A DNA stretch of 37,363 bases, taken from positions 1 to 37,363 of the IMG/VR virus record IMGVR_UViG_2718218309_000005. One strand, written 5' to 3'. This DNA comes from a virus. Taxonomy: Duplodnaviria > Heunggongvirae > Uroviricota > Caudoviricetes. The notes under the pieces are model-generated. The model made no database searches, was not told the origin of the DNA, and saw only the letters and a list, made by a program, of their open reading frames with translations. How positions within the stretch are numbered: position 1 is the stretch's first letter; every line of letters begins with the position of its first letter. Shown piece after piece: positions 18,935-27,882 of the stretch. The position numbers were made by a program, and so were the translations under genes.

Positions 18935-19447
18935 TCAGTTTGCTCCCTGTAAGCACCAGGCCATCTCCCGCGCACGGCGGTTATCCAGCCCCTGATTAAA
19001 CACACCTTTTACATACACCCAGCGCGGCAACTGTCGGCACGCATCCGCCCAGCGTCGCTGGTTGAGTAATTTCACCAGTGTGGAACTGCAGGCATTGCCC
19101 GTTCCCACGTTGAAGGCAAACGACACTGCAGCGTCATACACCTTCTGCGGCGGCTGTTGCTTTACACACCTTTCCAGCGCCCGCTCCACACGCAGTACGT
19201 TGGAGATCAGCCCTTCCGCTGCCTGTCGTTCCGTAATGGTTTTGCCCGGGATGACGCCCGATGTATTACCAATGCCGTCGGTCCAGACACCCGCGCTGCA
19301 CTGATACGGCTGCAGACGACAGCCTTCGTAATCAGCAATCAGTTTCAGTCCCTCCACGGAGGTGTGAAGCTGCTGAAAACCCGGCAGCGTGGCAGCAATA
19401 GCCAGCACGACCCCGACAAGGCAGCGTTTAACGATTGATGGATTCAT
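18935..19447 (-). CDS. K: endolysin gpK (lysozyme)
   Basis: 170 aa with hydrophobic N-terminus and lysozyme-like core; P2 K position. Confidence 0.8.
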   Translation of the reverse strand: MNPSIVKRCLVGVVLAIAATLPGFQQLHTSVEGLKLIADYEGCRLQPYQCSAGVWTDGIGNTSGVIPGKTITERQAAEGLISNVLRVERALERCVKQQPPQKVYDAAVSFAFNVGTGNACSSTLVKLLNQRRWADACRQLPRWVYVKGVFNQGLDNRRAREMAWCLQGAN

Positions 19448-19643
19448 AGTCCTCCCGCGAGATCTGCCCGTCGCGCAGAAGCTGGTATGCTTTGTGTTTG
19501 TAGTACCAGTTGATAGCCAGCATCAGCACACCAATCATCAGGCCGCCCAGCGTTGAGGCATCCTTGATGGACAAATCGCCCAGCCAGGCCAGCACGACGG
19601 CGATGCAATACGTGATAAAGGCGCTGATTCGCTCAAGCGTCAT
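19428..19643 (-). CDS. holin (gpY position)
   Basis: 71 aa with two hydrophobic helices and a charged C-terminus, directly upstream of the endolysin. Confidence 0.55.
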   Translation of the reverse strand: MTLERISAFITYCIAVVLAWLGDLSIKDASTLGGLMIGVLMLAINWYYKHKAYQLLRDGQISREDYESINR

Positions 19644-19646
19644 AAT

Positions 19647-19850
19647 TCAGTCCCATAGCTGGACGGTCTGCACGGTGGTGGTTGTCGGAATGTCCGGCAG
19701 CTCCACCTGCAGCCCGTGAGGTAAAAAGGGGCCGTATTCGGCAAGCCCCGGATTTGCCTTCAGTACCTGCTCCGTGACACCCTGCGTGCGCCCGTAATGC
19801 CGCCAGCAAAGCGCGTCCACCGTGTCATACTGATGCGCACGCACTTTCAT
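19647..19850 (-). CDS. X: tail protein gpX
   Basis: 67 aa; P2 X-like. Confidence 0.75.
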   Translation of the reverse strand: MKVRAHQYDTVDALCWRHYGRTQGVTEQVLKANPGLAEYGPFLPHGLQVELPDIPTTTTVQTVQLWD

Positions 19851-20377
19851 CAGATAAGCTCCACTGTGCAGTGCGGCGCATCCTGTACCCGGCTGATGGC
19901 CCAGCGGGCGTCACGCCACAAATCACCGCTTGCTTCCGCCTGTTCCTCGCCCCGCTTCACACCGGACGCCGTGGCGTCATAGTCCTGATAACGCTCATTG
20001 AGCATGGCGCGTGCCCAGCAGTAAACCGCGTTGAAATAGTGATGAATGCGCTCACTTTTGCCGTCCAGCTGTTCCGCCGGAACCTCTGCCAGCGAGGCAT
20101 ACCCCAGCATCTGCTGGCGTCTGCGAAACTCATACAGCTCTGCGTTGACCTCCGAAATTGCCGACAGCGCAACCTGCTTTAAACGCGGCTGCGTCACCGT
20201 GCCGTCAGTGCGCATGACACTGCGAAACTCCGACAGGTCCACATCAGGCCAGAACGGCGTATTTCTGATGATTTCCGCCTGTTCCGGTGCCTGTTCTGGC
20301 GCAACAAACTTCATGCTGCTTTCTCCTGAAATAAAGGGCGGTGGACGGGGTTTTGATGTGGCAGTGCCTTTCGCCAC
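19850..20377 (-). CDS. L: head completion protein gpL
   Basis: 175 aa; ..IIRNTPFWPDVD.. and ..LWRDARWAISRVQ.. resemble P2 L. Confidence 0.8.
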   Translation of the reverse strand: MAKGTATSKPRPPPFISGESSMKFVAPEQAPEQAEIIRNTPFWPDVDLSEFRSVMRTDGTVTQPRLKQVALSAISEVNAELYEFRRRQQMLGYASLAEVPAEQLDGKSERIHHYFNAVYCWARAMLNERYQDYDATASGVKRGEEQAEASGDLWRDARWAISRVQDAPHCTVELI

Positions 20378-20409
20378 CCCGTGCCGCCCGTGCGCGGGGG
20401 CACGTTCTG

Positions 20410-21060
20410 TCAGCGGCTGTCATTGCGCAGTCTGCGCTCCAGCTGCTGTTTGTCTTTTTTCACGCCACAGCGGGGATCGAGCTGTAACGCATGGTTGAGA
20501 TGATTAAGGGCGGAAGCCGGATTGCTTTCACTCAGGACAGCGCCAATCGCTTTATGCAGACGCGCCCGTGACTGGTCCGGCATATCCAGACCGTCTGTCA
20601 GCTCCAGCGTCTGCAGCAACAGATCGGCATCAAAGCCGGTGGCGGCAAGCATTGCGCTCTGCGCTGCATCTGCCATTTCCTCTGCCAGCACGGTCTGCAC
20701 GTTGCGGTTACCCAGCGGCATCACCCAGCCATGACGCAGGGCATGACGCCCGATCTCCAGCGCCCCGGCATAATCTCCGGCATCAATGCGCCACAGCATC
20801 ACGTACATCAGCACGTCATCCTGTTGAGCGCCTCCGGCAGCCAGGACGCCCTCCGCCCAGGCGGCATATTTCGGCAGCAGCTCCACCTTGATTTCCGCTT
20901 TTTTCACCGTGGACTGAACGCCCTTGAGACGGCGGCGGTCTTCCGCCAGTTGCAGCAGCATCAGGTCATAGCCCGACGCGTGGCGAACGCTGCCGCCCTC
21001 GCGGGCGGCCTGTTCAGCCTGAACGCGCAGGCGATGCTGCCGTGCGGGACTCAGGCTCAT
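20410..21060 (-). CDS. M: terminase endonuclease (small) subunit gpM
   Basis: 216 aa; P2 M-like (..GAQQDDVLMYVMLWRIDAGDYAGALEIGRHAL..). Confidence 0.85.
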   Translation of the reverse strand: MSLSPARQHRLRVQAEQAAREGGSVRHASGYDLMLLQLAEDRRRLKGVQSTVKKAEIKVELLPKYAAWAEGVLAAGGAQQDDVLMYVMLWRIDAGDYAGALEIGRHALRHGWVMPLGNRNVQTVLAEEMADAAQSAMLAATGFDADLLLQTLELTDGLDMPDQSRARLHKAIGAVLSESNPASALNHLNHALQLDPRCGVKKDKQQLERRLRNDSR

Positions 21061-21063
21061 GGG

Positions 21064-22122
21064 TTACGCTCCGGCTTCTGCTGCGGCGGCGCTGAAATCG
21101 CCAATCTGGATGTTTTCCACCAGCGCAGCGCAGCGGTAGTCCTCAACCACATAGGCTTCGTTAACAGATTCAAAGTTTTCAATCCGGTCACGTTTCGGGT
21201 TGTCGATAACTGAACGGCGGCGGGTGTCTTCCTGCCAGTAGATGGACAGGTTATCCAGACGGGTGATCAGCAGCGCATTCGGCGGGAAGAACGGCGCACG
21301 CACGGCCTGCAGACCGCCCATGCGTTTCTGACTGATAATCATATCGGCTGCCAGTTTTTCACTGTTTTCCTGCTCTTTGTTGACCAGCGGGAAATACTTG
21401 TCAGACAGCAGTTCACGACCGCAAATCACCATCAGATCGTCATCATCCTGGTAGACCACGTCGATAAGCTCATTGACCGCATCCATCACTACAGCGTCCA
21501 GGTTGGCATATTCGCCACCTTTCCCGACTTTCACCGCACCCGGTGTGGTTTCGCCGCCCGTGGTGGTGCTGCCCATGACGTGATCCGGTGCATCCTCACG
21601 GATTTTCTGCAGCCAGCCTTTGTTCACATCCTGCAGCAGCGGGTTTTCACTACGGTTGGAGGTTTTCGCACGCTTCACGCCGTTAAAGCCGATCATGATG
21701 CGGTCCAGTGCCTGACGTTTCACGATGGCGTCACGGATACGCACCTGGAAATCCTGAAACTTCGCCCACAGGTCCAGCTTCGCGTAGGTCAGCACCGTGT
21801 CAAAGTTGGTCTGCTCGCATTTATATTCCACATCGACCATCAGCGTCGGATCGACAGGTTCACGCTCTTTCGCGGTGGTGTCAGTGGTTCCGGCAATGGT
21901 GCTGCCAACACCCAGCCCCAGCAACTGACCGGACTGCTCAGTCACTGGCGTGACGTTAATCAGCGTCAGGAAGGCGGCGGACTGCTGGATCTGGTCTTCC
22001 AGCGTCTGCTGCACAGACGGCTCCACAGTGAATTTGCTGGACAGTTCTTCAACTGCCACACCGTTCAGACGCGCCAGCTGCTGCAGGTAAGCGTTAAAAG
22101 CAAAGCGGGTATTCTTCTTCAT
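21064..22122 (-). CDS. N: major capsid protein gpN
   Basis: 352 aa; P2 N-like. Confidence 0.9.
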   Translation of the reverse strand: MKKNTRFAFNAYLQQLARLNGVAVEELSSKFTVEPSVQQTLEDQIQQSAAFLTLINVTPVTEQSGQLLGLGVGSTIAGTTDTTAKEREPVDPTLMVDVEYKCEQTNFDTVLTYAKLDLWAKFQDFQVRIRDAIVKRQALDRIMIGFNGVKRAKTSNRSENPLLQDVNKGWLQKIREDAPDHVMGSTTTGGETTPGAVKVGKGGEYANLDAVVMDAVNELIDVVYQDDDDLMVICGRELLSDKYFPLVNKEQENSEKLAADMIISQKRMGGLQAVRAPFFPPNALLITRLDNLSIYWQEDTRRRSVIDNPKRDRIENFESVNEAYVVEDYRCAALVENIQIGDFSAAAAEAGA

Positions 22123-22138
22123 CGGGTTTTGTGCTCCA

Positions 22139-22972
22139 TCAGCAATTGGTCAGAGTGTCAGCGGGGGCGTTACCGCCTGTTGCACGCTGGCGGTAGTCCT
22201 GGCGGCTGTCTTCATGACTCAGCTTGTCCACCAGTTCGTTAAAGGCGGTCTGCTGTGCCTGCAGGGCAGTCTCCAGCTCAGACAGGCGTTCTTCCTGCTC
22301 AGACAGGGATTTTTCGGTGCGTGCGCTCAGGTTCTGCTGCTCAGTGGCGACCAGCTCCACGGCCTTATGCACATCAGAGAACCGGGCGTCATCGGACTGC
22401 TCTTTTTTGGTAAACAGCGCCGTGACGCGGGCAAACAGGGACGGTTTGTCGTCCTGGACTTCTTCCAGTTCGATCACCGTTTCCTCTGCAGCGGTAAAAA
22501 GATTGGCGGGATTCTGCTTGCGGTTTGCCAGCGGGTTATGGGCTGCACTGGCGCTGAATGTCAGCATTTCCGTACCCAGACTGGCGGGATCATCAGTGGC
22601 AGCCAGGCCGACCAGATAGGCTTTGCCCGTATCAGCGAACTTCGGGCTGACTTCCATAGAGGTGAATAATTTCTGGCCTTTTTTCACCAGTTCCACCAGG
22701 GACTCCGTTGGCTCAACGTCGGCATACAGCGCCATCTTGCCTGCCAGCGGACCTTCCGTGATTTCTTCAGCAAACAGCGCCGTCACCTTGCCGTAGCGGT
22801 TAAAGGTGCTGTCCGGCAGATAAGACTTGATGTGCTCAAGGTTAATCAGCGCGGTATACACCGCCGGGTTGTAGCTGGCTGCCATCTGTTCCAGCCATTC
22901 ACGCTGGATTTCGCGTCCGTCGGTGGTGGCACCTTCCACCCCGATGCGAAAACGCTTTGCTTTCACTGTCAT
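22139..22972 (-). CDS. O: capsid scaffold protein gpO
   Basis: 277 aa; P2 O-like. Confidence 0.85.
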   Translation of the reverse strand: MTVKAKRFRIGVEGATTDGREIQREWLEQMAASYNPAVYTALINLEHIKSYLPDSTFNRYGKVTALFAEEITEGPLAGKMALYADVEPTESLVELVKKGQKLFTSMEVSPKFADTGKAYLVGLAATDDPASLGTEMLTFSASAAHNPLANRKQNPANLFTAAEETVIELEEVQDDKPSLFARVTALFTKKEQSDDARFSDVHKAVELVATEQQNLSARTEKSLSEQEERLSELETALQAQQTAFNELVDKLSHEDSRQDYRQRATGGNAPADTLTNC

Positions 22973-23050
22973 GAGCCGTGCTCCGTTAGAAAAAACTTAC
23001 TGGAGCCTTATGGTTGCGGTGATAGGGGCAGTGAAACAATGCGCGGTATT

Positions 23051-23068
23051 TGTACCGACAACCACACA
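23051..23068 (-). promoter_or_regulatory. candidate Ogr/B activator site (TGT-N12-ACA) in the divergent O/P late promoter region
   Basis: tgt accgacaaccac aca; shares the extended ..CACACAAA.. with the PF site. Confidence 0.5.
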
Positions 23069-23114
23069 AACCGCAGGCGGGGAAAGCCTTCATTCAAGGC
23101 TGTAGGTTTGTGCC

Positions 23115-24881
23115 ATGAACACCACACTGACACCCGCAGATCTCGATCCCCGTCGGCAGGCCATGCTGCTGTACTTTCAGGGATACCGCGTCGCCCGCAT
23201 TGCTGAAATGCTGGGCGAGAAAGTTGCAACCGTTCACAGCTGGAAAAAACGCGACAAGTGGGGTGACTATGGGCCGCTGGATCAGATGCAGCTCACCACC
23301 GCCGCACGCTACTGCCAGCTCATTATGAAGGAGCACAAAGAAGGGAAAGATTTCAAAGAGATTGACCTGCTGGCGCGCCAGTCGGAGCGCCACGCGCGGA
23401 TCGGCAAGTTTAACAATGGCGGCAACGAAGCCGACTTAAACCCTAACGTCGCCAACCGCAACAAAGGCCCACGCCGTCAGCCGGAAAAGAATGTTTTCAC
23501 CGATGAGCAGATTGAGAAGCTGGAAGAAATCTTCCATTCCTCCATGTTCAACTACCAGCGCCACTGGTGGGAAGCCGGAAAAACCAACCGCATCCGCAAC
23601 CTGCTGAAGTCACGCCAGATCGGCGCGACCTTTTACTTTGCCCGTGAAGCCCTGATTGACGCTCTGCTTACCGGACGTAACCAGATTTTCCTTTCTGCCA
23701 GTAAGGCACAGGCCCACGTCTTCAAGCAGTACATCATCGACTTCGCCAAAGAAGTCGAGGTGGAGCTGAAAGGCGATCCGATGGTGCTTCCTAACGGGGC
23801 CACGCTTTACTTCCTCGGCACCAATGCCCGCACGGCGCAGAGTTACCACGGCAACCTGTATCTGGATGAATATTTCTGGATACCGAAATTCCAGGAGCTG
23901 CGCAAAGTGGCTTCCGGTATGGCTATTCACAAAAAATGGCGACAAACCTATTTTTCCACGCCATCCAGCCTGACCCACAGTGCTTATCCGTTCTGGTCCG
24001 GTGCGCTGTTCAACCGTGGACGCAACAAAGCTGACAAGGTGGACATCGACCTGTCCCACAGCAATCTGGCCCCCGGCCTGCTGTGCGCAGACGGGCAATA
24101 CCGCCAGATAGTCACCGTGGAAGATGCGGTGCGCGGCGGCTGTAACCTGTTCGACCTCGACCAGCTACGCATGGAGTACAGCCCGGACGAATACCAGAAC
24201 CTGCTGATGTGCGAGTTCGTGGACGATCTCGCGTCCGTGTTCCCGCTCAGCGAACTGCAGGCGTGCATGGTGGACAGTTGGGAAGTCTGGACCGACTTTC
24301 ATGCACTGGCCCTGCGCCCGTTTGGCTGGCGCGAGGTGTGGATCGGTTATGACCCGGCAAAAGGTACGCAGAACGGCGACAGCGCCGGATGCGTGGTGGT
24401 GGCACCGCCAGCCGTGCCAGGCGGTAAGTTTCGCATTCTTGAGCGTCACCAGTGGCGCGGGATGGACTTCCGCGCCCAGGCGGACGCCATCAAAAAACTG
24501 ACCGAACAGTACAACGTGACCTATATCGGCATCGACTCGACAGGTGTCGGTCACGGGGTTTACGAGAACGTGAAAGCGTTTTTTCCAGCCGTCCGGGAGT
24601 TTGTCTACAACCCCAACGTTAAAAACGCCCTGGTACTCAAGGCCTACGACATTATCAGCCACCGCCGTCTGGAGTTTGACGCCGGACACACCGACATAGC
24701 GCAGTCATTTATGGCAATCCGTCGCGCCACCACCGCCAGCGGCAACCGCCCGACCTATGAAGCCAGCCGCAGCGAAGAAGCCAGCCACGCCGATCTGGCC
24801 TGGGCAACGATGCACGCTCTGTTTAACGAACCGCTGCAGGGCGAATCCGCCAATACCAGCAATATTGTGGAGATTTTTTGA
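23115..24881 (+). CDS. P: terminase ATPase (large) subunit gpP
   Basis: 588 aa; P2 P-like. Confidence 0.9.
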   Translation: MNTTLTPADLDPRRQAMLLYFQGYRVARIAEMLGEKVATVHSWKKRDKWGDYGPLDQMQLTTAARYCQLIMKEHKEGKDFKEIDLLARQSERHARIGKFNNGGNEADLNPNVANRNKGPRRQPEKNVFTDEQIEKLEEIFHSSMFNYQRHWWEAGKTNRIRNLLKSRQIGATFYFAREALIDALLTGRNQIFLSASKAQAHVFKQYIIDFAKEVEVELKGDPMVLPNGATLYFLGTNARTAQSYHGNLYLDEYFWIPKFQELRKVASGMAIHKKWRQTYFSTPSSLTHSAYPFWSGALFNRGRNKADKVDIDLSHSNLAPGLLCADGQYRQIVTVEDAVRGGCNLFDLDQLRMEYSPDEYQNLLMCEFVDDLASVFPLSELQACMVDSWEVWTDFHALALRPFGWREVWIGYDPAKGTQNGDSAGCVVVAPPAVPGGKFRILERHQWRGMDFRAQADAIKKLTEQYNVTYIGIDSTGVGHGVYENVKAFFPAVREFVYNPNVKNALVLKAYDIISHRRLEFDAGHTDIAQSFMAIRRATTASGNRPTYEASRSEEASHADLAWATMHALFNEPLQGESANTSNIVEIF

Positions 24882-25903
24882 TGAAAGAACATATCGCGCC
24901 AGACGAAACCGTAACTGCAGAAGAAACTAAAAAATCCGTTGCGGAGGCTTTCAGCTTTGGTGATCCCATTCCTGTACTGGACCGCCGCGAACTGCTGGAC
25001 TATGTGGAATGCGTACAGATGGATCGCTGGTATGAGCCGCCCGTCAGCTTTGACGGACTGGCGCGCACCTTCCGCGCCGCCGTGCACCACAGCTCCCCGA
25101 TCAGTGTTAAGCGTGACATTATCAGCAGTACCTATATTCCACATCGCCTTCTCAGCCAGCAGGCATTTACCCGTTTTGTGCAGGACTATCTGGTTTTTGG
25201 TAACGCCTACCTGGAGAAACGCACGAACCGCTTTGGTGAAGTTATTTCGCTGGAACCTGCACTGGCAAAATACACCCGGCGCGGACTTGACCTTGAAACA
25301 TACTGGTTTGTGCAATACAGCCTGACGACACAGCCGTATCAGTTCACAAAAGGTAATGTCTTCCACCTGATGGAGCCGGATATCAACCAGGAGATTTATG
25401 GTCTGCCGGGTTACCTTTCTGCCATTCCGTCAGCTCTGCTCAACGAATCCGCCACGCTGTTCCGCCGCAAGTATTACATCAACGGCAGTCATGCAGGCTT
25501 CATCATGTACATGACCGACGCCGCGCAGAACCAGGAGGATGTAAACAACCTCCGTAACGCGATGAAAAGCGCCAAAGGTCCAGGCAACTTCCGTAATCTG
25601 TTTATGTACTCGCCTAACGGCAAAAAAGACGGGCTTCAGATTATCCCGTTATCAGAAGTCGCAGCGAAGGATGAGTTTCTGAATATCAAGAACGTGAGCC
25701 GGGACGACATGATGGCAGCACACCGAGTGCCGCCGCAAATGATGGGGATTATGCCGAATAATGTTGGTGGATTTGGGGATGTGGAGAAAGCGAGTAAAGT
25801 TTTTGTGAGAAATGAACTGATCCCGCTGCAGAAGAGATTATTCGAGATAAATGTATGGCTAGGAGAAAATGTCATTACTTTCCAGCCATACAACTTAGAT
25901 TAA
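24878..25903 (+). CDS. Q: portal protein gpQ
   Basis: 341 aa; P2 Q-like; divergent from O-N-M-L as in P2. Confidence 0.9.
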   Translation: MMKEHIAPDETVTAEETKKSVAEAFSFGDPIPVLDRRELLDYVECVQMDRWYEPPVSFDGLARTFRAAVHHSSPISVKRDIISSTYIPHRLLSQQAFTRFVQDYLVFGNAYLEKRTNRFGEVISLEPALAKYTRRGLDLETYWFVQYSLTTQPYQFTKGNVFHLMEPDINQEIYGLPGYLSAIPSALLNESATLFRRKYYINGSHAGFIMYMTDAAQNQEDVNNLRNAMKSAKGPGNFRNLFMYSPNGKKDGLQIIPLSEVAAKDEFLNIKNVSRDDMMAAHRVPPQMMGIMPNNVGGFGDVEKASKVFVRNELIPLQKRLFEINVWLGENVITFQPYNLD

Positions 25904-25910
25904 TACTATT

Positions 25911-25936
25911 ACAGACACTTTCGTGAAAGTGTCTGT
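25911..25936. terminator. 12-bp perfect hairpin between convergent Q and toxSAS genes
   Basis: acagacactttc gt gaaagtgtctgt; no clear U-tract on either strand. Confidence 0.35.
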
Positions 25937-25951
25937 AATCAAAAAATGAAA

Positions 25952-26956
25952 TTATTCTTCTGAATCATCATAAACATCCATTCCTTCGGTCTGATTTCTA
26001 ATATAAGAAGTCCCCATAGAATTAGCAATCGCAGTCCGAATTAACCCTACATGAGTGAAAAACACCCCTAACCTAGCACGCTTTAACTCAGACTCATCAT
26101 CATAGTCATCTTCATTACTTATAATTCTTCTAACCATTGCCTTATCTTCGTCAATAGCCGAAGGTAGCCCACTCTTTAAAGCGTCAATACACTCACCTAC
26201 AGTTATAATTTTATTTTTAATTAATTCAGAAAGCAAATCATCATAATTTTCATCATCAGATTTATTATCAGGTGGTAATTCACTTGCAGCTATCATTTTC
26301 AGCAATTCTACGTCAAGCATAGTTCCTCTATCTAGTCTGCTTGTCTCAACATACCCCTCACGCTCTGATAACACTCTTTCAAATTCGAAATCAACGACTT
26401 CAAGCAAAGCAGATACTCTATTAATTGCTCGCCTAAGAGGAAGTGGAACACTTTGCTCTTTTTTGTATTGCAGTTTATGAGATGCTGCAGCCCAAATATG
26501 CTGAGAAAGCGTTCGTATTTGCACCTCCACTTTCATATTTTTAAAATCACTAAAGGATGGAACTCTTAGCCATTCTTCTGGAGGTTGTATTACATAATGA
26601 TGAGATTGGTACCCAAATCTATCCTCATCCAGTTCATCAAGTTTATTCTCTTGCTTCAAAATAATGAAATGTTCTTTCAGACAAGATATAACCTTTTCAA
26701 CATCTCGCTTAAATAGCATTATTAATCGGATTCCAACATAATCATCCAAGTCAACTATTGACTCAATCTTTAGAGGTTTTCGGTTATCCTTATTAATAAT
26801 AGAACTTAATGTTTTGACACGGCTTTCAATTGGAACCCCTAAAGACAATTTATTCTCCGACAAAATAACATCAATTTGCTCAACCATAACTCGTCTGAAC
26901 AATTCCGCAACTGAGCCGTAAATTGAATGCTGTTCTTTTAATTCTTCGTCTGTCAT
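25952..26956 (-). CDS. RelA/SpoT-domain nucleotidyltransferase (toxSAS-like; candidate CapRel-type fused toxin-antitoxin)
   Basis: Synthetase-domain signature ..RVKTLSSIINK..RK..IVDLDDYVGIRLI..GYQSHHYVI..VEVQIRTLSQHIWAAASHKLQYK; ~140-aa acidic C-terminal extension; AT-rich; no adjacent small antitoxin ORF. Confidence 0.65.
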   Translation of the reverse strand: MTDEELKEQHSIYGSVAELFRRVMVEQIDVILSENKLSLGVPIESRVKTLSSIINKDNRKPLKIESIVDLDDYVGIRLIMLFKRDVEKVISCLKEHFIILKQENKLDELDEDRFGYQSHHYVIQPPEEWLRVPSFSDFKNMKVEVQIRTLSQHIWAAASHKLQYKKEQSVPLPLRRAINRVSALLEVVDFEFERVLSEREGYVETSRLDRGTMLDVELLKMIAASELPPDNKSDDENYDDLLSELIKNKIITVGECIDALKSGLPSAIDEDKAMVRRIISNEDDYDDESELKRARLGVFFTHVGLIRTAIANSMGTSYIRNQTEGMDVYDDSEE

Positions 26957-27073
26957 CTATCTTACCTAACTTATATAAATGAATCAGATATAAAACATTG
27001 CATAATTTTAATTCAAGTGGACAACATATAAATTATCCGATCTAAACCACTTAAACAACAGGTTTTGCGCGCG

Positions 27074-27092
27074 CTCGTATCCCCGCCACGCC
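27074..27092 (-). other. candidate cos site (P2-type 19-nt cohesive end)
   Basis: Minus strand reads GGCGTGGCGGGGATACGAG followed by GCGCGC; about 14 of 19 match the P2 cos sequence as I recall it. Confidence 0.35.
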
Positions 27093-27135
27093 TGCCCGCT
27101 TTATGTAGTGGTTTTCATGCACCTGCATGATCTAC

Positions 27136-27161
27136 GCAAAAGCCCGCCAGTTCTGGCGGGC
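27136..27161 (-). terminator. hairpin terminator downstream of the DinI-like gene
   Basis: gcccgccag / ctggcgggc stem followed on the minus strand by a short U-run. Confidence 0.45.
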
Positions 27162-27296
27162 CTTAGCAAAAACGATCCTCAAACGATCATGCGATCTCAT
27201 GCGGCATAGACATGCACTACAGAGCTAACGCCTCGCAAGGGCTCGTTGTTCAACCTTGCTGACGCCAGAAGCAAGTTCAGACGCCAGCAACGTTTC

Positions 27297-27530
27297 TTAA
27301 TGCAGCCAGCTGTCGTCTTCCCACACCTTCTGCATAATTTTCATCACTTGTTTTCTTTCTTCGTCCAGTTGCAGTCCGGTTAGTTCCACACCGTTAGAGC
27401 TACCTTTGCGAATGCGAATTACCGTTTTGGGATACAGGGGGCGCAGATTGCGGTAAAGCTCGGATTCAAGGGCGTCCAGGGTAGACTGGCTAATCTTCTG
27501 CTCTTTATCGATCATTATTTCAATGCGCAT
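27297..27530 (-). CDS. DinI-like protein
   Basis: 77 aa MRIEIMIDK...VWEDDSWLH with clear DinI-family layout; start at the internal Met of the track ORF. Confidence 0.8.
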   Translation of the reverse strand: MRIEIMIDKEQKISQSTLDALESELYRNLRPLYPKTVIRIRKGSSNGVELTGLQLDEERKQVMKIMQKVWEDDSWLH

Positions 27531-27540
27531 AAAAGTCACC

Positions 27541-27729
27541 TCAGCTGATGACATCCATTGAGCGGTTGTATTCGTGGGTTCTGATTTTTGCCATGAGTTC
27601 ATCAGTCAATTCAGAAACCCACTGCAGAGCCAGCCCCTTCTCTTCATCACTACACTCACTAGCCGCTACAAGCTTAAGAAAAAAATCAATGCGCTGGAGC
27701 TTCAAAGACTCCAAAAAATAGTCCTGCAT
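27541..27729 (-). CDS. small acidic protein, candidate SOS-induced antirepressor (Tum/Gfo-like slot)
   Basis: 62 aa from MQDYF..; strong RBS AGGAGG 4-5 nt upstream; LexA box ~45 bp upstream; function inferred from context only. Confidence 0.4.
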   Translation of the reverse strand: MQDYFLESLKLQRIDFFLKLVAASECSDEEKGLALQWVSELTDELMAKIRTHEYNRSMDVIS

Positions 27730-27772
27730 CTTTCCTCCTATGACACCACACGCAATACTGTATGTATAACCA

Positions 27773-27788
27773 CTGTTTATATTTACAG
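27773..27788. promoter_or_regulatory. LexA box (CTGT-N8-ACAG)
   Basis: ctgtttatatttacag with flanking a...ta, close to the consensus TACTGTATATATATACAGTA. Confidence 0.7.
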
Positions 27789-27882
27789 TATATAATAATC
27801 TTACTGATGTAAAACGTTTTTTTACGTTCATCAGCCTGATATGCCTGGTATTATTAAGAGCACGAATTGTTAACCCGCGTAA

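Noticed and set aside
27730-27831. The N-terminal 34 codons of the track ORF 27541-27831
   Set aside because: This stretch contains the LexA box and the AGGAGG ribosome-binding site for the Met at 27729, so it is promoter/leader rather than coding sequence.
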